Source: a virus
Lineage: Duplodnaviria; Heunggongvirae; Uroviricota; Caudoviricetes
IMG/VR virus record: IMGVR_UViG_2671180473_000015
Length of the DNA: 35,845 nt
Reading direction: 5' to 3' (one strand)
Shown here: positions 24,575-35,845 of the stretch, piece after piece
Numbering within the stretch: position 1 is the first letter of the stretch
Layout of the letters: the number at the start of each line of letters is the position of its first letter
Made by a program: the position numbers and the translations under genes
Notes under the pieces: generated by a model
What the model was told of the DNA's origin: nothing
Databases searched by the model: none
The model's input: the letters and a program-made list of their open reading frames with translations, nothing else

Positions 24575-24972
24575 ACCGACATACACAAATCCGCCAGGTC
24601 GTACTGGCACGCCTTCGGGAACAGTGTGGAGACAGCGCCACGTTTTTTGACGGGCTTCCGGCATTTGTTGATGCGCAGGAACTGCCTGCCGTGGCGGTGT
24701 GGCTGAGTGATGCTCAGTACACCGGAAAAATGACGGATGAAGATGACTGGCAGGCTGTTCTGCATATTGCTGTCTTCATCCGGGCACAGGCACCGGATTC
24801 AGAGCTGGATATGTGGATGGAGAGCACCATTTTCCCGGCCTTGAATGATGTACCAGCACTTTCCGGACTCATCGACACCCTGATCCCACTCGGTTTTAAC
24901 TATCAACGTGATAATGAGATGGCCACCTGGGCGATGGCGGAAATCACGTACCAGATCACGTACACGAATTAA
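24571..24972 (+). CDS. U: tail terminator protein U
   Basis: 133-aa product from the ATG at 24571 (ATGA overlap with the Z stop). Strong similarity to lambda U from memory (ATFFDG.PA.FDE..FPAVAVYL...DSELD.WMES.I.P...IPALS.LI). The track start at 24559 is less likely. Confidence 0.7.
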   Translation: MNRHTQIRQVVLARLREQCGDSATFFDGLPAFVDAQELPAVAVWLSDAQYTGKMTDEDDWQAVLHIAVFIRAQAPDSELDMWMESTIFPALNDVPALSGLIDTLIPLGFNYQRDNEMATWAMAEITYQITYTN

Positions 24973-24982
24973 GGAGGTGGTA

Positions 24983-25726
24983 ATGACCACACCAAATCCA
25001 CTGGCAAAAACGAAAGGTGCGGGAACGACGTTCTGGATGTATACCGGCAAGGGCGATGCGTTTGCGAACCCTTTATCGGACACTGACTGGCTGCGTCTTG
25101 CGATGGTGAAGGATCTGCAACCTGGCGAAATGACCGCTGATGCAGAAGATGACACTTATCTCGATGATGAAGATGCAGACTGGAAAACGACAACCCAGGG
25201 GCAGAAATCCGTTGGTGATACTTCGGCGACGCTGGCCTGGCGTCCGGGTGACAGCGGGCAGAAAAAACTGGTTCAGTTGTTCGACTCCGGTGAAGTCTGC
25301 GCGTTTCGTATCAAATATCCCAACGGTACTGTTGATGTTTTCCGTGGCTGGCTGAGTTCACTGGGTAAAACCATTGCCTCAAAAGACGTGATGACCCGCA
25401 CAGTGAAAATCAGCGGTGTGGGGCGTCCGTATCTGGCAGAGGAAGGCACTGAAACAGTGAGCGTTACCGGGCTGACGGTGGCACCGGCATCTGCCAGTGT
25501 AAAAGTGGGAGCAACCACCACGCTGACCTTTACAGTAAAACCTGACGGAGCCAGTGACAAAGCGATCAGTGTGCATTCGACAGATCCACAGACTGCCACG
25601 GTGACCCTGAACGGGCTTGTGGCCACGGTGAAAGGCGTGAAGCAGGGCAGTGTCAGCATTGTGGGCATGACCGCTGACGGGAATTTTGTGGCAGTGGCTA
25701 CGGTGACTGTCAGCGCAGCAGGTTAA
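24983..25726 (+). CDS. V: major tail protein V with C-terminal Ig-like domain
   Basis: 247-aa product from the ATG at 24983 with SD AAGGAGGTGG. Close similarity to lambda V from memory (KGAGTT.W.Y.G.GD..ANPLSD.DW.RLA.VKDL.PGE.TA...DD.YLDDEDADW...GQGQKS.GDTS.TLAW.PG). Confidence 0.85.
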   Translation: MTTPNPLAKTKGAGTTFWMYTGKGDAFANPLSDTDWLRLAMVKDLQPGEMTADAEDDTYLDDEDADWKTTTQGQKSVGDTSATLAWRPGDSGQKKLVQLFDSGEVCAFRIKYPNGTVDVFRGWLSSLGKTIASKDVMTRTVKISGVGRPYLAEEGTETVSVTGLTVAPASASVKVGATTTLTFTVKPDGASDKAISVHSTDPQTATVTLNGLVATVKGVKQGSVSIVGMTADGNFVAVATVTVSAAG

Positions 25727-25746
25727 CAGGACGATACTCATCATTT

Positions 25747-25770
25747 GCCCCGGTTATTCGGGGCTTTTTT
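25747..25770 (+). terminator. rho-independent terminator/attenuator after V
   Basis: Stem GCCCCG / CGGGGC with loop GTTATT, followed by TTTTTT. Confidence 0.55.
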
Positions 25771-25783
25771 ACAGGTGGAGAAC

Positions 25784-26173
25784 ATGATGTTTCTGAAACA
25801 GGACACGTTTAATTATGAAAAACAGTCCGTGGTGCTCAGTGAGCTGTCCGGGCTGCAGAGAATTGAATATCTGACGTTTGTTCAGCAGCGAACGGCAAAG
25901 TTTGATGCCGGGGAGGGAGAACTGCCGGAGGCTGAACGACAGATTGCTTTTCTGCGGATGGGGATGGATATCAATGCCTGGCTGGTTTCCCGCTCACTGT
26001 GGAATGCGGAACAGTCTCAGGATGTTGAGACGCTTTACGCATCCGTTATTACAACATGGTCGTATGATGCCCTGGGTGCGGGGGCGGAGATGGTTCTGTC
26101 GCTGAGCGGTATGGGGGCCATTGATAATGCCGGGGATTTGGAGCATGAGGGGCTGACGCCGGAAAAGTCCTGA
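25784..26173 (+). CDS. G: tail assembly chaperone G
   Basis: Start MMFLKQDTFNYEKQSVVLSELSGLQRIEYL matches lambda G (MFLKTESFEHNGVTVTLSELSALQRIEHL) from memory. Stop at 26171-26173. Confidence 0.8.
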   Translation: MMFLKQDTFNYEKQSVVLSELSGLQRIEYLTFVQQRTAKFDAGEGELPEAERQIAFLRMGMDINAWLVSRSLWNAEQSQDVETLYASVITTWSYDALGAGAEMVLSLSGMGAIDNAGDLEHEGLTPEKS

Positions 26174-26511
26174 CGCGGGAAATGCAGTTTGTCATGCGGC
26201 TTGCCCGGGAGTTCCGGCGGGCAGACTGGCGGCGGATGCTGTCGGAAATGTCGGCCACTGAGCTTGGTCAGTGGGGCGATTATTTCCGGATGCAGAGCTT
26301 CAGTGATGTGTGGATGGATGCGCAGTTTGCCTCGCTGAAGGCATTGATCGTGAGAATGGTGTCCGGCAGCAGTGATGCTGCGGTGGCTGATTTCAGCCTT
26401 TTACCGGAAGAGAACGGGATACCGGAGCGAACGGACGAAGAACTGATGCATCTTGGGGAAGGTATTTCCGGAGGTGTGCGTTATGGACCAGATAGCCAAC
26501 CTGGTCATTGA
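25784..26511 (+). CDS. T: tail assembly chaperone G-T fusion via predicted -1 programmed ribosomal frameshift
   Basis: The T frame is open from 26149 in the -1 frame relative to G and has no plausible independent start context. Candidate slip site G GAA AAG at 26161-26167 (lambda uses G GGA AAG). The T ORF ends at 26511, overlapping the tape-measure start. Confidence 0.55.
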
Positions 26512-29500
26512 TTTGGGGATTGATGCGGCAGAGTTTAAAAATGAAATTCCCCGTATCAAAAACCTTCTGAATGGTGCAGCCAGCGATGCAGAACGGTCTT
26601 CTGCCCGTATGCAGCGTTTTATGGAGCGTCAGACTCAGGCCGCCCGGCAGACAACGCAGGCGGCTTCTTCGGCTGCAACAGCCGCATCCGTCCATGCGCA
26701 GACGGTGGAGAAGAACGCACAGGCTCATGAACGCATGTCCCGCGAGGTGGAGAAAACCCGCCAGCGCATGGAGGCACTGAGCCAGAAAATGCGCGAGGAA
26801 CAGGCGCAGGCCATGGCTCTGGCGGAGGCTCAGGATAAAGCGGCTGCTGCGTTTTATCGTCAGATTGACAGTGTGAAACAGGCCAGTGCGGGGCTGCAGG
26901 AATTACAGCGTATTCAGCAGCAGATCCGACAGGCCAGAAACAGTGGCGGGATTGGTCAGCAGGATTATCTGGCGCTGATTTCTGAGGTTACGGCGAAAAC
27001 CCGTGTTCTTACACAGGCTGAGGAAGAGGCTACCCGACAGAAAGTGGCGTTTATCCGTCAGCTTAAAGAGCAGGCAACCCGCCAGAATCTTTCATCTTCT
27101 GAGTTGCTTCGTGCTAAGGCTGCCCAGCTGGGGGTAAGCAGTGCTGCAGAAGTGTATATCCGCAAAATGGAGCAGGCAGGAAAAGCCACGCATTCGCTGG
27201 GTCTGAAAAGTGCAGCAGCCCGCCAGGAGATAGGCGTTCTGATAGGTGAACTGGCCCGCGGCAATTTAGGGGCGCTGAGGGGGTCCGGAATAACGCTGGC
27301 TAACCGTGCCGGATGGATAGACACACTGATGTCACCGAAAGGCATGATGCTGGGCGGGGTTATTGGCGGTATTGCCGCGGCTGTCTATGGTCTGGGTAAA
27401 GCCTGGTATGACGGTCAGAAGGAGGGGGAAGAATTTAACCGCCAGTTGTCGCTGACGGGGCATTATGCCGGAGTCACTGCCGGGCAGCTGTGGACGCTCA
27501 GTCGTGCTATTTCCGGGAATGGTATTACGCAACATGCTGCAGCCGGTGCGCTGGCTCAGGTGGTGGGGAGTGGTGCATTTCGTGGAAACGATATCGGTAT
27601 GGTGGCGAGAGCTGCCGCACAGATGGAGCGATCGGTTGGCCAGTCGGTCAGCGATACCATAAATCAGTTTAAGCGGCTGAAGGATGATCCTGTAAATGCC
27701 GCGAAGGCTCTGGACAATGAGCTGCATTTTCTTACTGCCACTCAGCTTGAGCAGATACGCGTCCTTGGGGAACAGGGGCGGTCCAGTGATGCGGCACGGA
27801 TAGCCATGTCTGCACTGGCAGAGGAAACCGGTCGGCGTACTGCGGATATTGATAATAACCTCAATGCGCTGGGCAGTACGCTGAAGTATCTGTCTGATTT
27901 ATGGAGTCGTTTCTGGGATGCGGCCATGAATATTGGTCGTGAAGACTCGCTGGATGAACAGATTTCCGCTTTACAGGAGAAAGTGTCGCGGGCGAAAAGA
28001 CTCCCCTGGACGGCATCATCTTCTCAGGTTGAGTACGATCAGCAGCGTCTTAACGAGCTTCAGGAGAAAAAACGCCAGAAGGATTTGCAGGATGCAAAAG
28101 AGCAGGCAGAGCGGAATTATCAGGAGCAACAGAAACGCCGTAATGCTGAAAATGCTGCACTGAACCGGATGAATGAAACGGAAGCAGCACGACATCAGCG
28201 TGAAATTGCGCGTATTAATTCCATGCAGTACGCCGATCAGGCTGTCAGGGATGCGGCGATACAACGTGAAAATGAACGTTACGAGAAAGCCCTGGCATCC
28301 GGTAAGAAAAAAACACGCGAACCCCGTAATGATGAGGCCACCCGGTTATTGCTGCAGTACAGTCAGCAACAGGCACAGGTGGAAGGACAGATTGCTGCTG
28401 CCAGACAGTCAGCAGGCATTGCCACGGAAAGGATGACAGAAGCGCATAAACAGCTTCTGGCTCTGCAGCAGCGCATCAGCGACCTGGACGGGAAAAAACT
28501 GACGGCAGATGAAAAGAGTGTGCTGGCCCGTAAAGATGAACTGATTCAGGCACTGACGCTGCTGGATGTAAAACAGCAGGAGCTTCAGAAACAGACGGCA
28601 CTCAACGAGCTGAAGAAAAAAACAATTCAGCTGACCAGTCAACTGGCTGAAGAAGAGCGCGCTCAGCGTCAGCAACATGACCTGGATATCGCCACGGTGG
28701 GTATGGGTGATCAGCAGCGGCAGCGATATCAGGTACAACTGAGTCTTCGCCAGAAATACCAGCAACAGCTGGAGCAGTTGAGGCGGGATAGTGAGCAGAA
28801 AGGAACATATAACACGGATGACTACAGAAAGGCCGAGCAGGCGCTGACGGAGAGCCTGAACCGACAACTGAATGAGAATCGCCGTTACTGGCAACAGCTT
28901 GAAGTTGTGCAGGGTAACTGGAAAAACGGAGTCCTGCGTGCATTTCAGGATTTTACCGTGGATGCAGATAATACGGCAGGAACAGCAGAACAGGTGTTCT
29001 CGTCAGCCTTCAGCAACATGGGAAATGGCCTGGCAACTTTTGTCACTACCGGCAAACTCAATTTCAAATCCTTCACCTCTTCTGTGCTGTCAGATATGGC
29101 GAAAATCCTGGCGCAGGCAACCATGATGAAATCGATAAAAGGGATTGGCAGTGTACTGGGATTTGATCTCAGCAGCCTTTCCCTGAATGCCAATGGGGGG
29201 ATTTATCAGTCTGCTGATTTGAGTCGTTACAGTGGCACGGTGGTTAACCGTCCGACGTTTTTTGCTTTTGCAAAAGGCGCGGGTGTGATGGGGGAAGCGG
29301 GACCTGAAGCCATTCTGCCACTGCGTCGTGGTGCTGACGGTAAGCTGGGGGTTGTGGCGGATATTGGTGGTTCAGGTATGGCGATGTTTGCCCCGCAGTA
29401 CAACATCGAGATCAATAACGATGGCACGAACGGGCAGATAGGTCCGGCTGCCCTGAAGGTGGTTTATGACCTTGGGAAAAAAGCGGCAGCGGACTTTATG

Positions 29501-29548
29501 CAACAGCAGGCCCGTGATGGTGGTCGGTTAAGTGGAGCATATCGGTAA
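26483..29548 (+). CDS. H: tail tape measure protein (lambda gpH-like)
   Basis: About 1021 aa from the ATG at 26483 (SD GGAGGTG). Long coiled-coil, Ala/Gln/Arg-rich sequence and size typical of siphovirus tape measure proteins. Confidence 0.9.
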   Translation: MDQIANLVIDLGIDAAEFKNEIPRIKNLLNGAASDAERSSARMQRFMERQTQAARQTTQAASSAATAASVHAQTVEKNAQAHERMSREVEKTRQRMEALSQKMREEQAQAMALAEAQDKAAAAFYRQIDSVKQASAGLQELQRIQQQIRQARNSGGIGQQDYLALISEVTAKTRVLTQAEEEATRQKVAFIRQLKEQATRQNLSSSELLRAKAAQLGVSSAAEVYIRKMEQAGKATHSLGLKSAAARQEIGVLIGELARGNLGALRGSGITLANRAGWIDTLMSPKGMMLGGVIGGIAAAVYGLGKAWYDGQKEGEEFNRQLSLTGHYAGVTAGQLWTLSRAISGNGITQHAAAGALAQVVGSGAFRGNDIGMVARAAAQMERSVGQSVSDTINQFKRLKDDPVNAAKALDNELHFLTATQLEQIRVLGEQGRSSDAARIAMSALAEETGRRTADIDNNLNALGSTLKYLSDLWSRFWDAAMNIGREDSLDEQISALQEKVSRAKRLPWTASSSQVEYDQQRLNELQEKKRQKDLQDAKEQAERNYQEQQKRRNAENAALNRMNETEAARHQREIARINSMQYADQAVRDAAIQRENERYEKALASGKKKTREPRNDEATRLLLQYSQQQAQVEGQIAAARQSAGIATERMTEAHKQLLALQQRISDLDGKKLTADEKSVLARKDELIQALTLLDVKQQELQKQTALNELKKKTIQLTSQLAEEERAQRQQHDLDIATVGMGDQQRQRYQVQLSLRQKYQQQLEQLRRDSEQKGTYNTDDYRKAEQALTESLNRQLNENRRYWQQLEVVQGNWKNGVLRAFQDFTVDADNTAGTAEQVFSSAFSNMGNGLATFVTTGKLNFKSFTSSVLSDMAKILAQATMMKSIKGIGSVLGFDLSSLSLNANGGIYQSADLSRYSGTVVNRPTFFAFAKGAGVMGEAGPEAILPLRRGADGKLGVVADIGGSGMAMFAPQYNIEINNDGTNGQIGPAALKVVYDLGKKAAADFMQQQARDGGRLSGAYR

Positions 29549-29877
29549 TGGAGACGTTTCACTGGAAAGTGCGCCCGGATATGAATGTGGTATCAGAGCC
29601 GAAAGTGGTGACAGTGAAGCTGGGCGATGGTTATGAACAGCGTCGTGCGGCGGGACTGAATAACCAGTTGTCGACTTACAGCGTGACGATACGTGTTCGT
29701 AAATGTGAACACCCATCTTTAAAAGCCTTTCTGGAACGGCACGGTGGCGTCCGCGCATTTCAGTGGACGCCACCTTATGACTGGAAGCCGATCAGGGTGG
29801 TTTGTCGTAAATGGTCGGCAAGCGTGGGGGCGTTGTGGGTAACCATAACGGCAGATTTTGAACAGGTCGTGGCATAG
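29548..29877 (+). CDS. M: minor tail protein M
   Basis: 109 aa, the same length as lambda M, with similar sequence (METF.WKV.P.M.V.S.P.V..V..GDGY.QR...GLN..L.TYSVT). Confidence 0.85.
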   Translation: METFHWKVRPDMNVVSEPKVVTVKLGDGYEQRRAAGLNNQLSTYSVTIRVRKCEHPSLKAFLERHGGVRAFQWTPPYDWKPIRVVCRKWSASVGALWVTITADFEQVVA

Positions 29878-29886
29878 GAGTCTCTG

Positions 29887-30545
29887 ATGCAGGATATTCC
29901 ACAGGAAACACATCATGAGACGACACGCCTCACTCAGTCAGCCCAGGTGGTGCTCTGGGAAATCGATCTGACAGAGGTCGGTGGAGAACGTTATTTTTTC
30001 TGTAATGAGCAGAACGAAAAAGGTGAGCCGGTCACCTGGCAGGGGCGACAGTATCAGGCGTATCCCATTCAGGGGACGGGATTTGAACTGAACGGCAAGG
30101 GCAGTGCTGCCCGTCCGNGGCGGAAGATCTGCAGAGTCTGGTCGGCGGAACGGTGGTCCGGCGTAAGGTTTACGCCCGTTTTCTGGATGCGGTGAACTTC
30201 GTCAACGGAAACAGTGACGCCGATCCGGAGCAGGAGGTGATCAGCCGCTGGCGCATCGAGCAGTGCAGCGAACTGAGCGCGGTGAGTGCCTCTTTTGTAC
30301 TGTCCACGCCGACGGAAACGGACGGTGCCGTTTTTCCGGGGCGCATCATGCTTGCTAATACCTGCACCTGGACCTATCGCGGCGATGAGTGCGGTTATCA
30401 CGGTCCGGCGGTCGCGGATGAATATGATCAGCCGACGTCCGATATCACGAAGGATAAATGCAGCAAATGCCTGAGCGGCTGTAAGTTTCGCAATAACGTC
30501 GGCAACTTTGGCGGCTTCCTTTCCATTAACAAACTTTCGCAGTAA
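29887..30545 (+). CDS. L: minor tail protein L, reading frame broken at a single N (likely collapsed assembly gap)
   Basis: N-terminal part (track ORF 29887..30195) and C-terminal part (30153..30545) both match lambda L almost residue-for-residue from memory. About 14 codons expected between ...GKGSAARP and AEDLQSLVGG are missing exactly at the n at 30118. Confidence 0.75.
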
Positions 30546-30550
30546 ATCCC

Positions 30551-31294
30551 ATGACACAGACAGAATCAGCGATTCTGGCGCACGCCCGGCGATGTGCGCC
30601 AGCGGAGTCGTGCGGCTTCGTGGTGAGAACACCGGAGGGGGAAAGATATTTTCCCTGCGTGAATATCTCCGGTGAGCCGGAGGAGTATTTCCGGATGTCG
30701 CCGGAGGACTGGCTGCGGGCAGAGATGCAGGGTGAGATTGTGGCGCTGGTCCACAGCCACCCCGGTGGTCTGCCCTGGCTGAGTGAGGCCGACCGGCGGC
30801 TGCAGGTGCAGAGTGATTTGCCGTGGTGGCTGGTCTGCCGGGGGGCGATTCACAAGTTCCGCTGTGTGCCACATCTTACCGGGCGGCGCTTTGAGCACGG
30901 GGTGACGGACTGTTACACGCTGTTCCGGGATGCTTACCATCTGGCGGGGATTGAGATGCCGGATTTTCATCGCGGGGATGACTGGTGGCGTCACGGTCAG
31001 AATCTCTATCTGGATAATCTGGAGGCTACAGGGCTGTATCAGGTGCCGTTGTCAGCGGCGCAGCCGGGCGATGTGCTGCTGTGCTGTTTTGGTTCATCGG
31101 TGCCGAATCATGCCGCCATTTACTGTGGTGACGGCGAGCTGCTGCACCATATTCCTGAACAACTGAGCAAACGAGAGAGGTATACCGACAAATGGCAGCG
31201 ACGCACACACTCCCTCTGGCGTCACCGGGCATGGCACGCATCTGCCTTTACGGGGATTTACAACGATTTGGCCGCCGCATCGACCTTCGAGTGA
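30551..31294 (+). CDS. K: tail assembly protein K (JAB/MPN plus NlpC/P60-like domains)
   Basis: 247-aa ORF. MTQTESAILAHARRCAPAESCGFVV...HSHPGG... matches lambda K from memory. Confidence 0.85.
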   Translation: MTQTESAILAHARRCAPAESCGFVVRTPEGERYFPCVNISGEPEEYFRMSPEDWLRAEMQGEIVALVHSHPGGLPWLSEADRRLQVQSDLPWWLVCRGAIHKFRCVPHLTGRRFEHGVTDCYTLFRDAYHLAGIEMPDFHRGDDWWRHGQNLYLDNLEATGLYQVPLSAAQPGDVLLCCFGSSVPNHAAIYCGDGELLHHIPEQLSKRERYTDKWQRRTHSLWRHRAWHASAFTGIYNDLAAASTFE

Positions 31295-31896
31295 AAACGG
31301 GGTCCGAAGCCATCCGGGCGCTGGCCATGCAGATCCCGGCGTTTCGTCAGAAACTGAATGAGGGCTGGTATCAGGTGCGCATTGCCGGGCGTGATGCAGG
31401 CGAAAATGAATTATCTGCCCGTCTTAATGAGCCGCTGGCAAATGGTGCCGTGATCCACATCGTGCCGCGTCTGGCGGGAGCTAAAAGTGGCGGTGTGTTT
31501 CAGGTGGTGCTTGGGGCGGCGCTGATTGCGGTGGCATGGTGGAACCCTGTGGGCTGGCTGGGGNNNNNNNNNNNNNNNNNNNNNNNNNNNNNNNNNNNNN
31601 NNNNNNNNNNNNNNNNNNNNNNNNNNNNNNNNNNNNNNNNNNNNNNNNNNNNNNNNNNNNNNNNNNNNNNNNNNNNNNNNNNNNNNNNNNNNNNNNNNNN
31701 NNNNNNNNNNNNNNNNNNNNNNNNNNNNNNNNNNNNNNNNNNNNNNNNNNNNNNNNNNNNNNNNNNNNNNNNNNNNNNNNNNNNNNNNNNNNNNNNNNNN
31801 NNNNNNNNNNNNNNNNNNNNNNNNNNNNNNNNNNNNNNNNNNNTCAGCACGGCAGACGAAGGGGATGGTGGTCAGGTTGTGGTGATTGGTCGCTGA
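31192..31896 (+). CDS. I: tail assembly protein I (interrupted by an N-run)
   Basis: Starts MAATHTLPLASPGMARICLYGDLQRFGRRIDLRV as in lambda I. Overlaps the 3' end of K in another frame, as in lambda. The middle is lost in the N-run 31564-31843. Ends ...STADEGDGGQVVVIGR. Confidence 0.75.
   Translation: MAATHTLPLASPGMARICLYGDLQRFGRRIDLRVKTGSEAIRALAMQIPAFRQKLNEGWYQVRIAGRDAGENELSARLNEPLANGAVIHIVPRLAGAKSGGVFQVVLGAALIAVAWWNPVGWLGXXXXXXXXXXXXXXXXXXXXXXXXXXXXXXXXXXXXXXXXXXXXXXXXXXXXXXXXXXXXXXXXXXXXXXXXXXXXXXXXXXXXXXXXXXXXXXSTADEGDGGQVVVIGR
31564..31843. other. N-run (280 nt) - assembly gap or masked sequence
   Basis: Continuous n characters inside gene I. Confidence 0.95.
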
Positions 31897-31956
31897 TGCA
31901 AAATGTTTTATGTGAAACCGCCTCCGGGCGGTTTTGTCGTTTATGGAGCGTGAGGA

Positions 31957-35502
<3,546 letters not shown>

Positions 35503-35520
35503 AATATTTATAACCCCAAT

Positions 35521-35550
35521 AAAGGGCGTCAGGAATGACGCCTTTTTTAT
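35521..35550 (+). terminator. rho-independent terminator after J
   Basis: Stem GGCGTCA / TGACGCC with loop GGAA, followed by TTTTTT. Confidence 0.6.
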
Positions 35551-35572
35551 TGCAGAAAAGCGAGAGGTAATT

Positions 35573-35845
35573 ATGCGTAAAGTTTGTGCAGCCATTTTGT
35601 CCGCAGCCATTTGCCTGGCCGTATCCGGTGCGCCTGCATGGGCGTCTGAACATCAGTCCACGCTGAGCGCGGGGTATCTTCATGCCTCGACGAACGTCCC
35701 CGGCAGTGATGATCTGAACGGGATTAACGTGAAATACCGTTATGAGTTTACGGACACACTGGGGCTGGTGACGTCATTCAGCTATGCAGGAGACAAGAAT
35801 CGCCAGCTGACCCGTTACAGCGATACCCGCTGGCATGAAGATTCC
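35573..35845 (+). CDS. lom: Lom-like outer membrane protein (Ail/Lom family), 3'-truncated by the window end
   Basis: ATG at 35573 with SD GAGAGG. Signal peptide MRKVCAAILSAAICLAVSGAPAWA. The motif GINVKYRYEFTD matches lambda Lom GINVKYRYELTD. The ORF runs off the window end. Confidence 0.8.
   Translation, partial: MRKVCAAILSAAICLAVSGAPAWASEHQSTLSAGYLHASTNVPGSDDLNGINVKYRYEFTDTLGLVTSFSYAGDKNRQLTRYSDTRWHEDS

Noticed and set aside
30069-30872. 267-aa minus-strand ORF
   Set aside because: Antisense to L and K, which are strongly supported; low-complexity Pro/Ala/Arg-rich translation.

Overview
This window is a near-complete lambdoid (lambda-like siphovirus) prophage segment of Enterobacteriaceae/E. 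coli type, read by eye from the sequence and the ORF track; all homology statements are from memory, not database searches. Left to right: (1) an accessory left end with a Panacea-domain (DUF4065) gene translationally coupled to a downstream ORF, a bidirectional terminator, and a leftward block containing a PrtN/excisionase-like protein, a strongly AT-rich membrane protein, and YfdQ/YfdP-like early-left genes preceded by a structured RNA leader (DicF-like terminator hairpin plus an 87-bp inverted repeat); (2) the immunity region: CI-like S24 repressor (minus) and Cro-like gene (plus) with three 17-bp operator palindromes and a PL-like promoter; (3) a translationally coupled early-right operon: CII-position gene, O-like replication initiator carrying an in-gene iteron array, PerC-like regulator, Dam-family methyltransferase, LexA DNA-binding-domain-only protein, RusA, KilA-N antirepressor-like protein, DUF968 protein, antiterminator Q; (4) late promoter and tR'-like terminator, an AT-rich lipoprotein moron flanked by a second near-identical terminator, and a second orphan DNA methyltransferase; (5) lysis cassette: S21-type pinholin with dual start, SAR endolysin, Rz with embedded Rz1; (6) packaging and head: terminase small and large subunits, W-like, portal, ClpP-protease/capsid fusion, decoration-like and FII-like proteins; (7) lambda-type tail: Z, U, V, G and G-T frameshift, H, M, L, K, I, J, then a partial lom. 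Four long N-runs and one single N interrupt the holin, L, I and J genes; these look like assembly or masking artefacts. No integrase, att site, tRNA or CRISPR array was seen. The most novel-looking candidates are the Panacea-domain two-gene module, the AT-rich membrane protein, the structured early-left RNA leader, the LexA-DBD-only protein and the terminator-flanked lipoprotein moron.
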